Shown here: one piece after another, positions 1-7,988 of the stretch
How positions within the stretch are numbered: position 1 is the first letter of the stretch
Layout: every line of letters starts with the position of its first letter
Assembly: GCA_964554985.1 (NCBI GenBank)
Contig: CAZKQS010000002.1
Coordinates: 311-27,983, forward strand
DNA: 27,673 bases
DNA from: an uncultured Thermoplasmatales archaeon
GTDB lineage: Archaea > Thermoplasmatota > E2 > DHVEG-1
Direction of reading: 5' to 3'
Made by a program: the position numbers and the translations under genes
Notes under the pieces: model-generated
What the model was told of the DNA's origin: nothing
The model's database searches: none
What the model saw: only the letters and a program-made list of their open reading frames with translations

Positions 1-72
1 AAATATTTGATTTCTTATTTCTTTGTATTTTTAGGTTTTATCCTACTTTCTAAAGAAAAATACCTAGAATAA
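1..72 (+). CDS. 3' end of a probable membrane protein (partial)
   Basis: Frame +1 is open from base 1: KYLISYFFVFLGFILLSKEKYLE*, a hydrophobic stretch followed by a charged tail. A- and T-rich tracts follow the stop. Confidence 0.45.
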   Translation, partial: KYLISYFFVFLGFILLSKEKYLE

Positions 73-137
73 GAAAAAAATCTTTAATTTTTTTACAAAA
101 ATGTAAATATGAAACAGTTTATTTTAACTTGAGATAT

Positions 138-338
138 ATGTTTGAGGATTGGAGTGTAAAAAAGATATATGCTATCTTTGGTCTTATTCTCTTAATTATT
201 GCATCATTACAAGTTTATATGTTTCTTACAGTTCCAAATGAACTTGTACATTTTGGGCTTTTATTTGCAGCCTTGTTTGTTGCACTCCTCTTGTTTCATT
301 CAGTAAATATTAAACTCAAAGGAAAAAAAAGAAAATAG
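138..338 (+). CDS. small 2-TM membrane protein with basic C-tail
   Basis: ORF track starts at TTG 129; ATG 138 (MFEDW) is preferred. Two hydrophobic helices, ends KLKGKKRK. Confidence 0.7.
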   Translation: MFEDWSVKKIYAIFGLILLIIASLQVYMFLTVPNELVHFGLLFAALFVALLLFHSVNIKLKGKKRK

Positions 339-348
339 GTTGATTTGT

Positions 349-579
349 ATGTTTGAAAATAGATCTGAAAAACAACAAATAATTATCTATGCAGTTATTG
401 CTCTGATAATAACTTTAGTATTATCTATATATCACTTCTATACTTTTAAAGGAATTTTTGCAAATCCCTATGTAATTATTTTATTTGCTAATATTGAGTT
501 TTTCATATTTTTTTATATTATATATATGCCCTTGAAAGTCAAAAGATCAAGGCAGAAAGAAGAAGAAAAAGAGAAATGA
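349..579 (+). CDS. small 2-TM membrane protein, possible paralog of 138..338
   Basis: ATG 349 (MFENR) lies after GGTTGA. Two hydrophobic helices and a charged C-tail. Confidence 0.7.
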   Translation: MFENRSEKQQIIIYAVIALIITLVLSIYHFYTFKGIFANPYVIILFANIEFFIFFYIIYMPLKVKRSRQKEEEKEK

Positions 580-630
580 CATTTTTTCCAACAAATATTT
601 TCAAATAATACTAATATATAACAAATTTTG

Positions 631-996
631 ATGACAGATCATAATCCAGAGGTAATGGAAGTTAAAAATATAGATGATGCTAAAAAAGAAATTAAAAAAA
701 TTAAGAGTGACAAATATAGTATCGACATAATGGCACCTAAGGCAGTAACTAAAGTAATAAAACTAAAAAATGTAACCCTGCAAGATGCAATTATCATTAA
801 ACAAGACATGCTTTCAATTGGTGGAGAAGTCGCTGTTCCTAGAAACACTTTTGAATTAAAAGAAGAAAAAGCTGATATTTTAGTTATTGGTAATATTTCT
901 CAGCATCTACTTTTAATAAAAAAACTTAATAGACACTATCCTAGAATCAAAAAAATTGCAAAAGATCTTGAATTAATTTTAAAGGAATATATATGA
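631..996 (+). CDS. stand-alone N-terminal domain of long-form FolP (putative FMN-dependent dihydropteroate reductase, Prd-like)
   Basis: Motif AIIIKQDMLSIGGEVAVPR resembles the N-terminal extension of long FolP proteins such as the Helicobacter type (recalled, not searched). ATGA overlap with folP. Track start is TTG 628; ATG is at 631. Confidence 0.7.
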   Translation: MTDHNPEVMEVKNIDDAKKEIKKIKSDKYSIDIMAPKAVTKVIKLKNVTLQDAIIIKQDMLSIGGEVAVPRNTFELKEEKADILVIGNISQHLLLIKKLNRHYPRIKKIAKDLELILKEYI

Positions 997-1838
997 AACT
1001 TTTTGATTATGATCTAAAACAAAAAACTTTGATTATGGGTATTTTAAATGTTACACCGGACAGTTTTTCTGATGGTGGAAAATATAACTCAATTAGTCTA
1101 GCCGTAAAACATGCTAAAAAAATGGTAGATGATGGTGCTGATATTATTGATATCGGCGGTGAATCAACTAGGCCGGGTGCTAAAAAAATATCTAAAGAAA
1201 CTGAATTAAAAAGAATTCTTCCTGTTATAAAAAAACTTTCAAAAGAAATTGATATACCAATTTCAGTTGATACATATAAATCTGAAGTTGCAGAAAAGTG
1301 TATTAATGCTGGAGCCTCTATGATAAATGATATAACTGCTTTGAGAGAAGATGAAAAACTAGCAAGTATAGTAAAAAGATACAAGGTTCCAATTTGTCTT
1401 ATGCATATGTTAGGTACACCAGAAAATATGCAAAAGAATCCTGTTTATTCCAATGTTATAAATGAAATAAAAGACTTTTTAAAAAAAAGATGTGAATATG
1501 CAACTAAAAAAGGAATTTCTAAAGATAAAATAATCATTGATCCAGGTATTGGTTTTGGAAAAAGAACAGGCAGTGGAATTGAAGATAATTGCACTATTTT
1601 AGCAAATATCTCAGAATTTAAAAAACTAGGATACCCTGTTCTTAGTGGTGCATCTAGAAAAACATTTCTTGGTAATATTTCAGGTAAAAATAAACTAAAA
1701 CCAATTGATAGACTTCAAGAAAGTATTGCTACAGCATGTATCTTATCTTATAACGGTGCAGATATAGTAAGAGTTCATGATGTAAAAGAAACTAGAAGGG
1801 CTCTTGATGTTATTGAATGCATAAATCACAACAAATAA
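993..1838 (+). CDS. folP: dihydropteroate synthase
   Basis: MGILNVTPDSFSDGG, DIGGESTRPG, ISVDTYK, INDIT, DPGIGFGK, SRK and RVHDV motifs. Confidence 0.97.
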   Translation: MKLFDYDLKQKTLIMGILNVTPDSFSDGGKYNSISLAVKHAKKMVDDGADIIDIGGESTRPGAKKISKETELKRILPVIKKLSKEIDIPISVDTYKSEVAEKCINAGASMINDITALREDEKLASIVKRYKVPICLMHMLGTPENMQKNPVYSNVINEIKDFLKKRCEYATKKGISKDKIIIDPGIGFGKRTGSGIEDNCTILANISEFKKLGYPVLSGASRKTFLGNISGKNKLKPIDRLQESIATACILSYNGADIVRVHDVKETRRALDVIECINHNK

Positions 1839-1861
1839 TTTCATTTAGTGGTCTATTGTAT

Positions 1862-1909
1862 AGAAATACTTATATACTTATAAATTAATAAATAAATAAA
1901 AATTGGAGG
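1862..1909 (+). promoter_or_regulatory. putative BRE/TATA promoter and SD of the 1920 gene
   Basis: AGAAATACTTATATA at 1862-1876; GGAGG at 1905-1909. Confidence 0.5.
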
Positions 1910-1919
1910 ATTATACCAT

Positions 1920-2660
1920 ATGAAAAAAAATACTCAAAAAATATTTGCTGTTGCAATTATAGCTTTTTTTATACTTTTATCTTTAACCCCTGCAACATCT
2001 GCAACAAAAGAAAAAAAACTTGATTTAATAAAAGTTGAAGTTACAGATTACTTAGCTGATGGAACAACTGAAAAAAGAGACGTATTTTTAGAAAAAACTG
2101 AAATAAAAGATTTGAAAAATAAGATTCTTTCAGCTGAAACTATATCTGAAAAACTTGAAGTACTAAAAAATTTTAATCTTGTATCTGAAGAAAAAAGTGC
2201 TATGGATTGGTTTAAAGGAATGCTTAATCTAGCAGATAAACTTGGTATAAGAGAAAAAAATTATCTTACAAGAACAAAAATCAAGCTACCATTTATGATA
2301 AGTGCACTAAACGATGTTAGTTCAATATCTGTAGTAGGCGGTTCAAAACGTATTGGTTTAACACCTATATTTAAGTTAATAAAAGCAATTTTTGATTTGG
2401 ACCAAGTTACAAGAGCAGATCTTTTAGTTACTCAAACTGGTTTAGTTAACATCTTAGATACAAAAAACATTCTTAGTAAAAACACTATGATAAATCTACT
2501 CGGGTTTACTGGCCACATCGGTTTTGTTGGAACAGGTATTAAAGTTCCATTCTTGATGCACATATACACAGGATACTCAGCATTGTCCTTTGGCATGGGA
2601 CTTGGTTTTAGAATTAAAAGGTCAAACCTAAAAGATGTAGACTTACCAGAGTTACCATAA
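1920..2660 (+). CDS. secreted hypothetical protein with Gly-rich C-terminal region
   Basis: Sec-type signal MKKNTQKIFAVAIIAFFILLSLTPATSA, GGAGG SD. C-terminal GFTGHIGFVGTG...GYSALSFGMGLG. Confidence 0.8.
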   Translation: MKKNTQKIFAVAIIAFFILLSLTPATSATKEKKLDLIKVEVTDYLADGTTEKRDVFLEKTEIKDLKNKILSAETISEKLEVLKNFNLVSEEKSAMDWFKGMLNLADKLGIREKNYLTRTKIKLPFMISALNDVSSISVVGGSKRIGLTPIFKLIKAIFDLDQVTRADLLVTQTGLVNILDTKNILSKNTMINLLGFTGHIGFVGTGIKVPFLMHIYTGYSALSFGMGLGFRIKRSNLKDVDLPELP

Positions 2661-2688
2661 AAAAATAGATAAGAAAAAAATTATTTCT

Positions 2689-3192
2689 TTATTTTATTTT
2701 TACTTTTTTTGATTCTTTCTTTGGTCTTGGTTCTAGTTTTGGAAGGGATAAATTTAGTACACCATCTTCAAGTTCTGCATCGACATTATCTGTTTTTAGT
2801 TCTTCAGGTAGTTCTAGACATCTATAAAAAGAAGTTGTGCTTCTCTCACGTCTGAGATAGTTTTTTCCTTTATCTTCATCCGAATCTTCGTGTTCAGCTG
2901 AAATTTCTATTGTGTTTGGTGTAACTTCTATATTTATGTCTTCTTTAGGTATCCCTGGCATTTCAACGTTCATTTCGTATTTATCGCCGTGATCCTCTAT
3001 ATCCATCAGCGGAGTTCTTTCTCTTATTGCTGTTGCTGGATTAAAGAACAGATCATCAAAGTTTGATCTGAACTGATCAAACAATCTGTCAAAGTCTGTC
3101 CATAGATCAGTTGGTCTCTTTCTTTCAGCTATTTCTTCATTTCCTTTATCTCTTACAGCAAGTTTATTTTTCTTATTTTTTCCAAATGCCAT
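2689..3192 (-). CDS. hsp20: small heat-shock protein (Hsp20/alpha-crystallin family)
   Basis: PLMDIED..YEMNVEMPGIPKEDINIEV, RRER, AELEDGVLNLSLPK. SD elements AGGTGA and GGAGG upstream. Confidence 0.95.
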   Translation of the reverse strand: MAFGKNKKNKLAVRDKGNEEIAERKRPTDLWTDFDRLFDQFRSNFDDLFFNPATAIRERTPLMDIEDHGDKYEMNVEMPGIPKEDINIEVTPNTIEISAEHEDSDEDKGKNYLRRERSTTSFYRCLELPEELKTDNVDAELEDGVLNLSLPKLEPRPKKESKKVKIK

Positions 3193-3247
3193 AGTTTTTT
3201 TGCCTCCTTTTCACCTTTTAGGTACTATAATTATGTATATGGTCTTC

Positions 3248-3263
3248 TATAAAAAGTTTTCGG
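3248..3263 (-). promoter_or_regulatory. BRE-TATA promoter of hsp20
   Basis: Minus strand reads CCGAAAA-CTTTTTATA, a canonical archaeal BRE + TATA, 55-70 nt before the ATG. Confidence 0.65.
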
Positions 3264-3390
3264 TGAAAGTTTGCAAATGTGTTATCCCGAAATTACTTCC
3301 TTCGAGAAAATAAAGTAACTGATTTAATAAAAAGAGATCATTAGTAGAAAAAACCATTAAGTATAACTAGATTCAAACTTTATGATTCAT

Positions 3391-4740
3391 ATGAATGATC
3401 CAGTATGTCCACTAGATTACAGATATGGAAGAAAAGAACTAAAAAAAATATTTAGTGAAAAAAATAAACTACAATACTTGCTAGATGTAGAAGCAGCTCT
3501 AGCAAGAGCTCATGCAAAAGTAGGAAACATAGATAAAAAAGATGCAGAGGAAATAACAAAAAAAGCAAATACAAAATATGTAAAAGTTGAACGGGTAAAA
3601 GAAATTGAAAAAGAAACAAAACACGATATAATGTCAGTAACTAAGGCTCTTGCCGAACAATGCAAAGGAAATTCAGGTAAATATATACATTTAGGTGCAA
3701 CTAGCTATGATATAGTTGACACTGCAAATGCACTCCAGTTTAATGATTCAACAGATTTTATTCAAAAAGGATTAAAAGAACTTAGAAAAACATTTTTAAA
3801 TTTAGCTAAAAAACATAAAAAAACAGTAATGACCGGAAGAACACATGGACAGCATACGATACCCATAACATTTGGCCTAAAAATGGCTGGATACGCAATG
3901 GAGATAGACAGGCACCTTGAGCGCATGCATCAATGTAAAAGTAGACTTCTAGTTGGTAAACTTTCAGGAGCTGTTGGAACAGGTGCAGCCCTAGGACCAA
4001 AAGCACTAAAGATACAAGAAGAAATGCTAAAAGAATTAAAACTAGGAACTGAAGATGTATCAACTCAAATTGTTTGTAGAGATAGATACAATGAACTAAT
4101 GGCAGTTCTATCAAATATTGCAACTAGTCTTGAAAAAATTGCAACTGAAATTAGAAATTTACAAAGAGATGAAATAAAGGAAGCATCTGAAGCATTTGAG
4201 TCAAAAAAACAGGTTGGCTCTTCAACAATGCCACATAAGAAAAACCCTATCACATGTGAACAAATTTGCGGGCTTGCTAGAATTGTACGTGGATTTTTGA
4301 CTCCAACTTATGAAAACGCAATACAGTGGCATGAAAGAGATCTTTGTAACTCATCAAGTGAAAGATTTATTATTCCACACAGTTTGATTCTTACTGATTG
4401 GATCATTTATAAAACAAATGATGTCTTCAAAAACCTAAAAGTAATCCCTGAAAACATGAAAAAAAACCTTGAACTATCAAAAGGCTTACCTATGGCTGAA
4501 TCACTTATGACAACACTTATTTCTAAAGGGATGGGCAGAGGAGAAGCACATGAACTAATGAGAAAAACAGCCCTAAAGGCTGCAAAACAAGGAAAAACAC
4601 TTAAAGAAGTATTTTTGAAAGAAAACAAAAAACTCAAACTATTAAGTGAAAAGGAGATAGATCAATCTCTTAATCCAAAAAACTACCTAGGCGCAACCGA
4701 AAAAATTATTGATAGAGTTATTAAAAAGTTAAGTAGATAA
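3391..4740 (+). CDS. purB: adenylosuccinate lyase
   Basis: P(L)DYRYG start, HLGATSYDI, GRTHGQH, signature GSSTMPHKKNP, WHERDL. Alternative start at 3382. Confidence 0.97.
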   Translation: MNDPVCPLDYRYGRKELKKIFSEKNKLQYLLDVEAALARAHAKVGNIDKKDAEEITKKANTKYVKVERVKEIEKETKHDIMSVTKALAEQCKGNSGKYIHLGATSYDIVDTANALQFNDSTDFIQKGLKELRKTFLNLAKKHKKTVMTGRTHGQHTIPITFGLKMAGYAMEIDRHLERMHQCKSRLLVGKLSGAVGTGAALGPKALKIQEEMLKELKLGTEDVSTQIVCRDRYNELMAVLSNIATSLEKIATEIRNLQRDEIKEASEAFESKKQVGSSTMPHKKNPITCEQICGLARIVRGFLTPTYENAIQWHERDLCNSSSERFIIPHSLILTDWIIYKTNDVFKNLKVIPENMKKNLELSKGLPMAESLMTTLISKGMGRGEAHELMRKTALKAAKQGKTLKEVFLKENKKLKLLSEKEIDQSLNPKNYLGATEKIIDRVIKKLSR

Positions 4741-4752
4741 TTTATCAACATT

Positions 4753-5292
4753 TTAAGTAATAACACTCGCTGTACCGTTATAACAAATACCTGATATTGC
4801 AATCCTCTTATACAACAGAAACTCACTAAAGGGCCTATGTAAATCAAATCTATAAAAATAAAAATCTCCAGTAAAATTTTTAATTGAGCAGACAAATGGT
4901 TTGTTTATAATAATATCATAATCAAAATAAGGTATAAACCATGCCATATGTAAATATGAAAAAGTGATTCTTCTAAGTCTTTGATTGGAATAAGTAATAT
5001 TAAAAGAGATATCCTCTACATTAACAGTTTTTCTTCTAGTAAAAATACGATTGTTACTTTCCAAAATATCTTTAATTTTCCTTATTTGAACATTGTTTCC
5101 ACCAGTAAACTTGATATCAACACAATCTTTAGCATAAGGAAAAGTGGTAATTAAAAGAATTTCTTCTGTTTTATCTTGATTTAAGTTTAATATTTTATCA
5201 GTTTTATTGATATTTAACTCTAAAGCATCTGTAGGAATTATTGTTAATAAAAATATAATTAAGATAGTTAAACAAATTAACCTTTTTTTCAT
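4753..5292 (-). CDS. secreted hypothetical protein
   Basis: Signal peptide MKKRLICLTILIIFLLTIIPTDA (ATG 5292; track start GTG 5301). Last gene of the minus-strand secreted cluster. Confidence 0.75.
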   Translation of the reverse strand: MKKRLICLTILIIFLLTIIPTDALELNINKTDKILNLNQDKTEEILLITTFPYAKDCVDIKFTGGNNVQIRKIKDILESNNRIFTRRKTVNVEDISFNITYSNQRLRRITFSYLHMAWFIPYFDYDIIINKPFVCSIKNFTGDFYFYRFDLHRPFSEFLLYKRIAISGICYNGTASVIT

Positions 5293-5307
5293 CTCTATCA
5301 CGTTTTA

Positions 5308-6591
5308 TCATATCATATTAAATTTTAAAATTCTAAATATTTTTTGGAAGAGTATGAATTGTTCGAAATAACAATTTTCATTGATTTTACCTTTTGAAGT
5401 AGTTCCTTTCACTTCAACTTTGATTTGTTTCCAATCACTTTCAACTCCCCACTGATCTCTTGCAACTACATTTACATATTTTGTACCCTTTGATGAAAAT
5501 TTGTGATTACAATCTATAGTTATCTTATTAGACATAAATATTTGAGTTTCTAATTTAGTCCATGTATCAATATTATAATCATTATCCCAGTCAAAACCTG
5601 CCTGCACATAATCACGATATTCGTAAATATTTGATGAATATATCTTATCTAAATCTACAACATCTACTGAAAAGGTTATGTCTCTATCTTTATTTGCCTC
5701 ATAATGATCCTTTTTAGGATTGCATGTTGGAGCTACTTCTGAAAAGGTAATAGAATCTTCTGTCATTTGGGATATTAAAATCAGATTATAAATAAATCTT
5801 CTAGCATTACGTACATATCTATCTTTATAAAGGCTCACAACAATTTTTCCAAGATTTTTAAATGGCTCGTCTACCCAATCAGGATGATCCTGGGCTAGTT
5901 CACACCATGCTATGTAATACCAGCAGGGCATTAAAAAAGGCCAAAAAAGCAACATAGTTATAAAAGCTGCAATGTAATTTCCCCATAAAGGAAATATTTG
6001 TTTAATAGGATCGGCCCACCTCCTAGAAAACTCTCCAATCTTTTTTACCCTCATAGATATCTTAGAGTATTCTTCCTCATCGATTTCGTTTGATTCTGAT
6101 AACTCTGCAGCTTGACTTGCTTTTTCATCATAAAGTTCAATAAAATTATCAAGATTATCTTCAGTCATAATCAAATCTTGAAAATCCTCTAAAAAATAAT
6201 CATTCCTTAAACTTTGAATATCTTGGATTATTCTTTGAACACTAAATGTTTTTTCAACATCAAAAAAGTCCTCTGCAAGCTGTAAGTTTTGAAAATCAGA
6301 GTATATAAAATCAATTATTAAGCCTTTATTGTAATAAAAAGCATCTAAAAAATCATCGTCTTCAAGTAGATCATATAAAAATTCTAATAAAAAAATTATC
6401 CAATCTGGATTCATATTAGACGTAAGTTCGTAAAAATTATTAAAAGATTCAAATTCATAATCTTTTTTTGATTGTTTATCAAAATTCTCGACTTTTTCTT
6501 TACCTGAAATAGGAATCACAGTTACTTGAAAAATCAGGATAAATATCACAATAAAACTTATCCCAATTTTTGTAATTCTTTTAGTTAACAT
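5308..6591 (-). CDS. secreted protein: acidic helical domain + hydrophobic segment + PKD-like domain + KxK tail
   Basis: Signal-like N-terminus, AGFDWDND..WT and RDQWG..SDW PKD-like motifs. Homologous to 6630..7964. SD AGGTG. Confidence 0.85.
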   Translation of the reverse strand: MLTKRITKIGISFIVIFILIFQVTVIPISGKEKVENFDKQSKKDYEFESFNNFYELTSNMNPDWIIFLLEFLYDLLEDDDFLDAFYYNKGLIIDFIYSDFQNLQLAEDFFDVEKTFSVQRIIQDIQSLRNDYFLEDFQDLIMTEDNLDNFIELYDEKASQAAELSESNEIDEEEYSKISMRVKKIGEFSRRWADPIKQIFPLWGNYIAAFITMLLFWPFLMPCWYYIAWCELAQDHPDWVDEPFKNLGKIVVSLYKDRYVRNARRFIYNLILISQMTEDSITFSEVAPTCNPKKDHYEANKDRDITFSVDVVDLDKIYSSNIYEYRDYVQAGFDWDNDYNIDTWTKLETQIFMSNKITIDCNHKFSSKGTKYVNVVARDQWGVESDWKQIKVEVKGTTSKGKINENCYFEQFILFQKIFRILKFNMI

Positions 6592-6629
6592 TATTTACAC
6601 CTTAAAAAAAATAAAAAAGAGTAGTAGGT

Positions 6630-7964
6630 TTATGGTTGATTTATAACATTGATATTTTTTTGTCCAAGAAATCTTTGTATAAAGTTGTTTATCAAAGATA
6701 ACTTTTCCAAAATCGATGAAAAAGGCAATATTTTACTTTTCCCGTTGGTAACATCTACCTCTATTTTATTTGACCATTCACCTGTAGCGCCCCAGTTGTC
6801 CCTTGGTAAATATCTCACAACATACTTACCTTTTTTTGTAAATTTATGGCTTGTTTTAATCAAAGTATTTTCACCATAGTTGTTATTTAATTTTGTCCAT
6901 TCATCTACTTCTTTGTCTCCATTCCAGTCCCAACCAACCTGAATATAATCTCTATACATTTTGATGCCATTATCACTAATTTTATCTCTATCTACAACTT
7001 TTGCACTAAAATCAACGTTTGTATTAACTTTTGCACTAGATTTACCAAAAATTGACAGGGCAGTTGGTGCTGTTTCCCCAGTTTTGTAATTATCACTTGA
7101 CCATATTTCTGTAATAATTATAATTTCAAGCACTTCTTCAAAAGCTTGTCCAAGGTATCCTCCATTAATTGCATATATAAGCATCGCTGGAGGACCAATA
7201 ACTATCAGACCATAAATACCTAAAACTCTTTTTATATCATCTAATTCTTCTCTAAGTTCTTCTTCTTGCTCATATGCATCAGCACAGCCCTCAATCAAAA
7301 CTAGATATGCAATAATCGGCCCGAATAATATTATTGTAATATAATTAGCTAGAAATAATCCGCCAGGCAATAATGATAAAGGTATGGCATAAATATGTGC
7401 AATAGATCTTATTATATAAGCAATGATCTCAATCAAAGGATGTAAACCAGATGCATCTTCCATACCTGCTGTATATAAAAACTCTAAAAATTCCCCAGTT
7501 TCTTCTGAACCTGTATCATTTAGTTCATCATATGTATCTGGTACCTCTAATAATTCCTGTACATAATTTAAGATATTCTCTCCTTCAGCGTTTTTTATTC
7601 TCTGTCTTAAAGTATTGGTATCAAATGTTTCTTTAACATGGAAAAAATCTTCTATCATTTCCTTTCCATTAGGAAACTTATTTTCTATTTCATCTATTAT
7701 ATCTATACCTGCCTGTAAAAACTCTTCAATAAACTCATCATCTTTGAAAAGATCCCACAGAAAATCTATTAGATCTACATTTGTGTTTAATGGTTCTGTT
7801 CCAAGGTATTGATCTATAACTTCTTTTTGGTTAATTATCCCCTGATTTTCGCCTATAATTTCAACAGCCTTTTTTTGACTTATAGGAATTGCAATTGTAG
7901 ATGAAGATATAATGATCAATGCTACAAAAAATGCGATTCCTATTCCAATTTTTGTTTTTTTCAT
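6630..7964 (-). CDS. secreted protein, tandem paralog of 5308..6591
   Basis: Signal peptide MKKTKIGIGIAFF. Shares L.DL..DD.F, EDFF.V..TF, YRDY.Q.G.DW and HKF..KG with its neighbour. SD GGAGG. Confidence 0.85.
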   Translation of the reverse strand: MKKTKIGIGIAFFVALIIISSSTIAIPISQKKAVEIIGENQGIINQKEVIDQYLGTEPLNTNVDLIDFLWDLFKDDEFIEEFLQAGIDIIDEIENKFPNGKEMIEDFFHVKETFDTNTLRQRIKNAEGENILNYVQELLEVPDTYDELNDTGSEETGEFLEFLYTAGMEDASGLHPLIEIIAYIIRSIAHIYAIPLSLLPGGLFLANYITIILFGPIIAYLVLIEGCADAYEQEEELREELDDIKRVLGIYGLIVIGPPAMLIYAINGGYLGQAFEEVLEIIIITEIWSSDNYKTGETAPTALSIFGKSSAKVNTNVDFSAKVVDRDKISDNGIKMYRDYIQVGWDWNGDKEVDEWTKLNNNYGENTLIKTSHKFTKKGKYVVRYLPRDNWGATGEWSNKIEVDVTNGKSKILPFSSILEKLSLINNFIQRFLGQKNINVINQP

Positions 7965-7988
7965 TTTATTTCCTCCTTTATAAATACT

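Noticed and set aside
336-351. TAG read-through (pyrrolysine) joining the two small membrane ORFs
   Set aside because: The downstream ORF is in a different frame.
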